Shown here in pieces: positions 63,763-64,000 of a DNA stretch of 64,000 bases. Within the stretch, counting starts at the first letter, position 1, and every line of letters begins with the position of its first letter. The position numbers and the translations under genes were made by a program. Location of the stretch: contig NC_057749.1 of assembly GCF_004010195.1 (NCBI RefSeq), positions 6,012,862-6,076,861 of the forward strand, in the 5' to 3' direction. The notes under the pieces are model-generated. The model was not told where the DNA came from, searched no databases, and worked only from the letters and a program-made list of their open reading frames with translations. This DNA comes from Chiloscyllium plagiosum. Lineage: Eukaryota.

Positions 63763-64000
63763 GGCTCAGTGGTTAGCACTGCTGCCTCACAGCACCAGGG
63801 ACCTGGGTTCAATTCCTGCCTCGGGCGACTGTCTTTGTGGAGTTTGCACATTCACCCCGTGTCTGCGTGGGTTTCCTCCGGGTGCTCCGGATTCCTTCCA
63901 CAGTCCAAAGATGTGCAGGTCAGGTAGATTGGCCATGCTAAATTGCCCATAGTGTTAGGTGTCAGGGGTAGATGTAGGGGAATGGGTCTGGGTGGGATGC
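63763..64000 (+). mobile_element. HE1-type SINE running off the window end
   Basis: GGCTCAGTGGTTAGCACTGCTGCCTCACAGC head and core. Confidence 0.88.

Overview
Eukaryotic, repeat-rich vertebrate DNA. The repeat content (HE1-type V-SINEs, HER1/CR1 LINEs, Penelope-like fragments, Rex1/Babar, DeuSINE-like pieces) points to a shark (inference). The only host coding sequence I can support is one 219-bp phase-0 exon at 35694-35912 (+). It encodes the pore helix, CIGYG selectivity filter, S6 and start of the C-linker of an HCN pacemaker channel, closest to HCN4 by eye. I saw neither neighbouring exon, so the rest appears to be two very large introns filled with nested retroelements. Three observations stand out. 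(1) A TSD-flanked triple chimera at 17187-17696 (-): pre-tRNA-Leu with leader and oligo-T trailer, then a 5'-truncated pre-tRNA-Trp with trailer, then a full SINE, which suggests serial RT template jumping or RNA ligation. (2) Many tiny Penelope-derived cassettes carry minimal hammerhead ribozyme cores, often as inverted repeats with 10-16 bp TSDs, and at least one has an intact core in the sense of the HCN pre-mRNA. (3) The conserved HCN N-glycosylation sequon is lost (N-x-S is D-E-T here). Repeat boundaries and family names were assigned by eye and are approximate.
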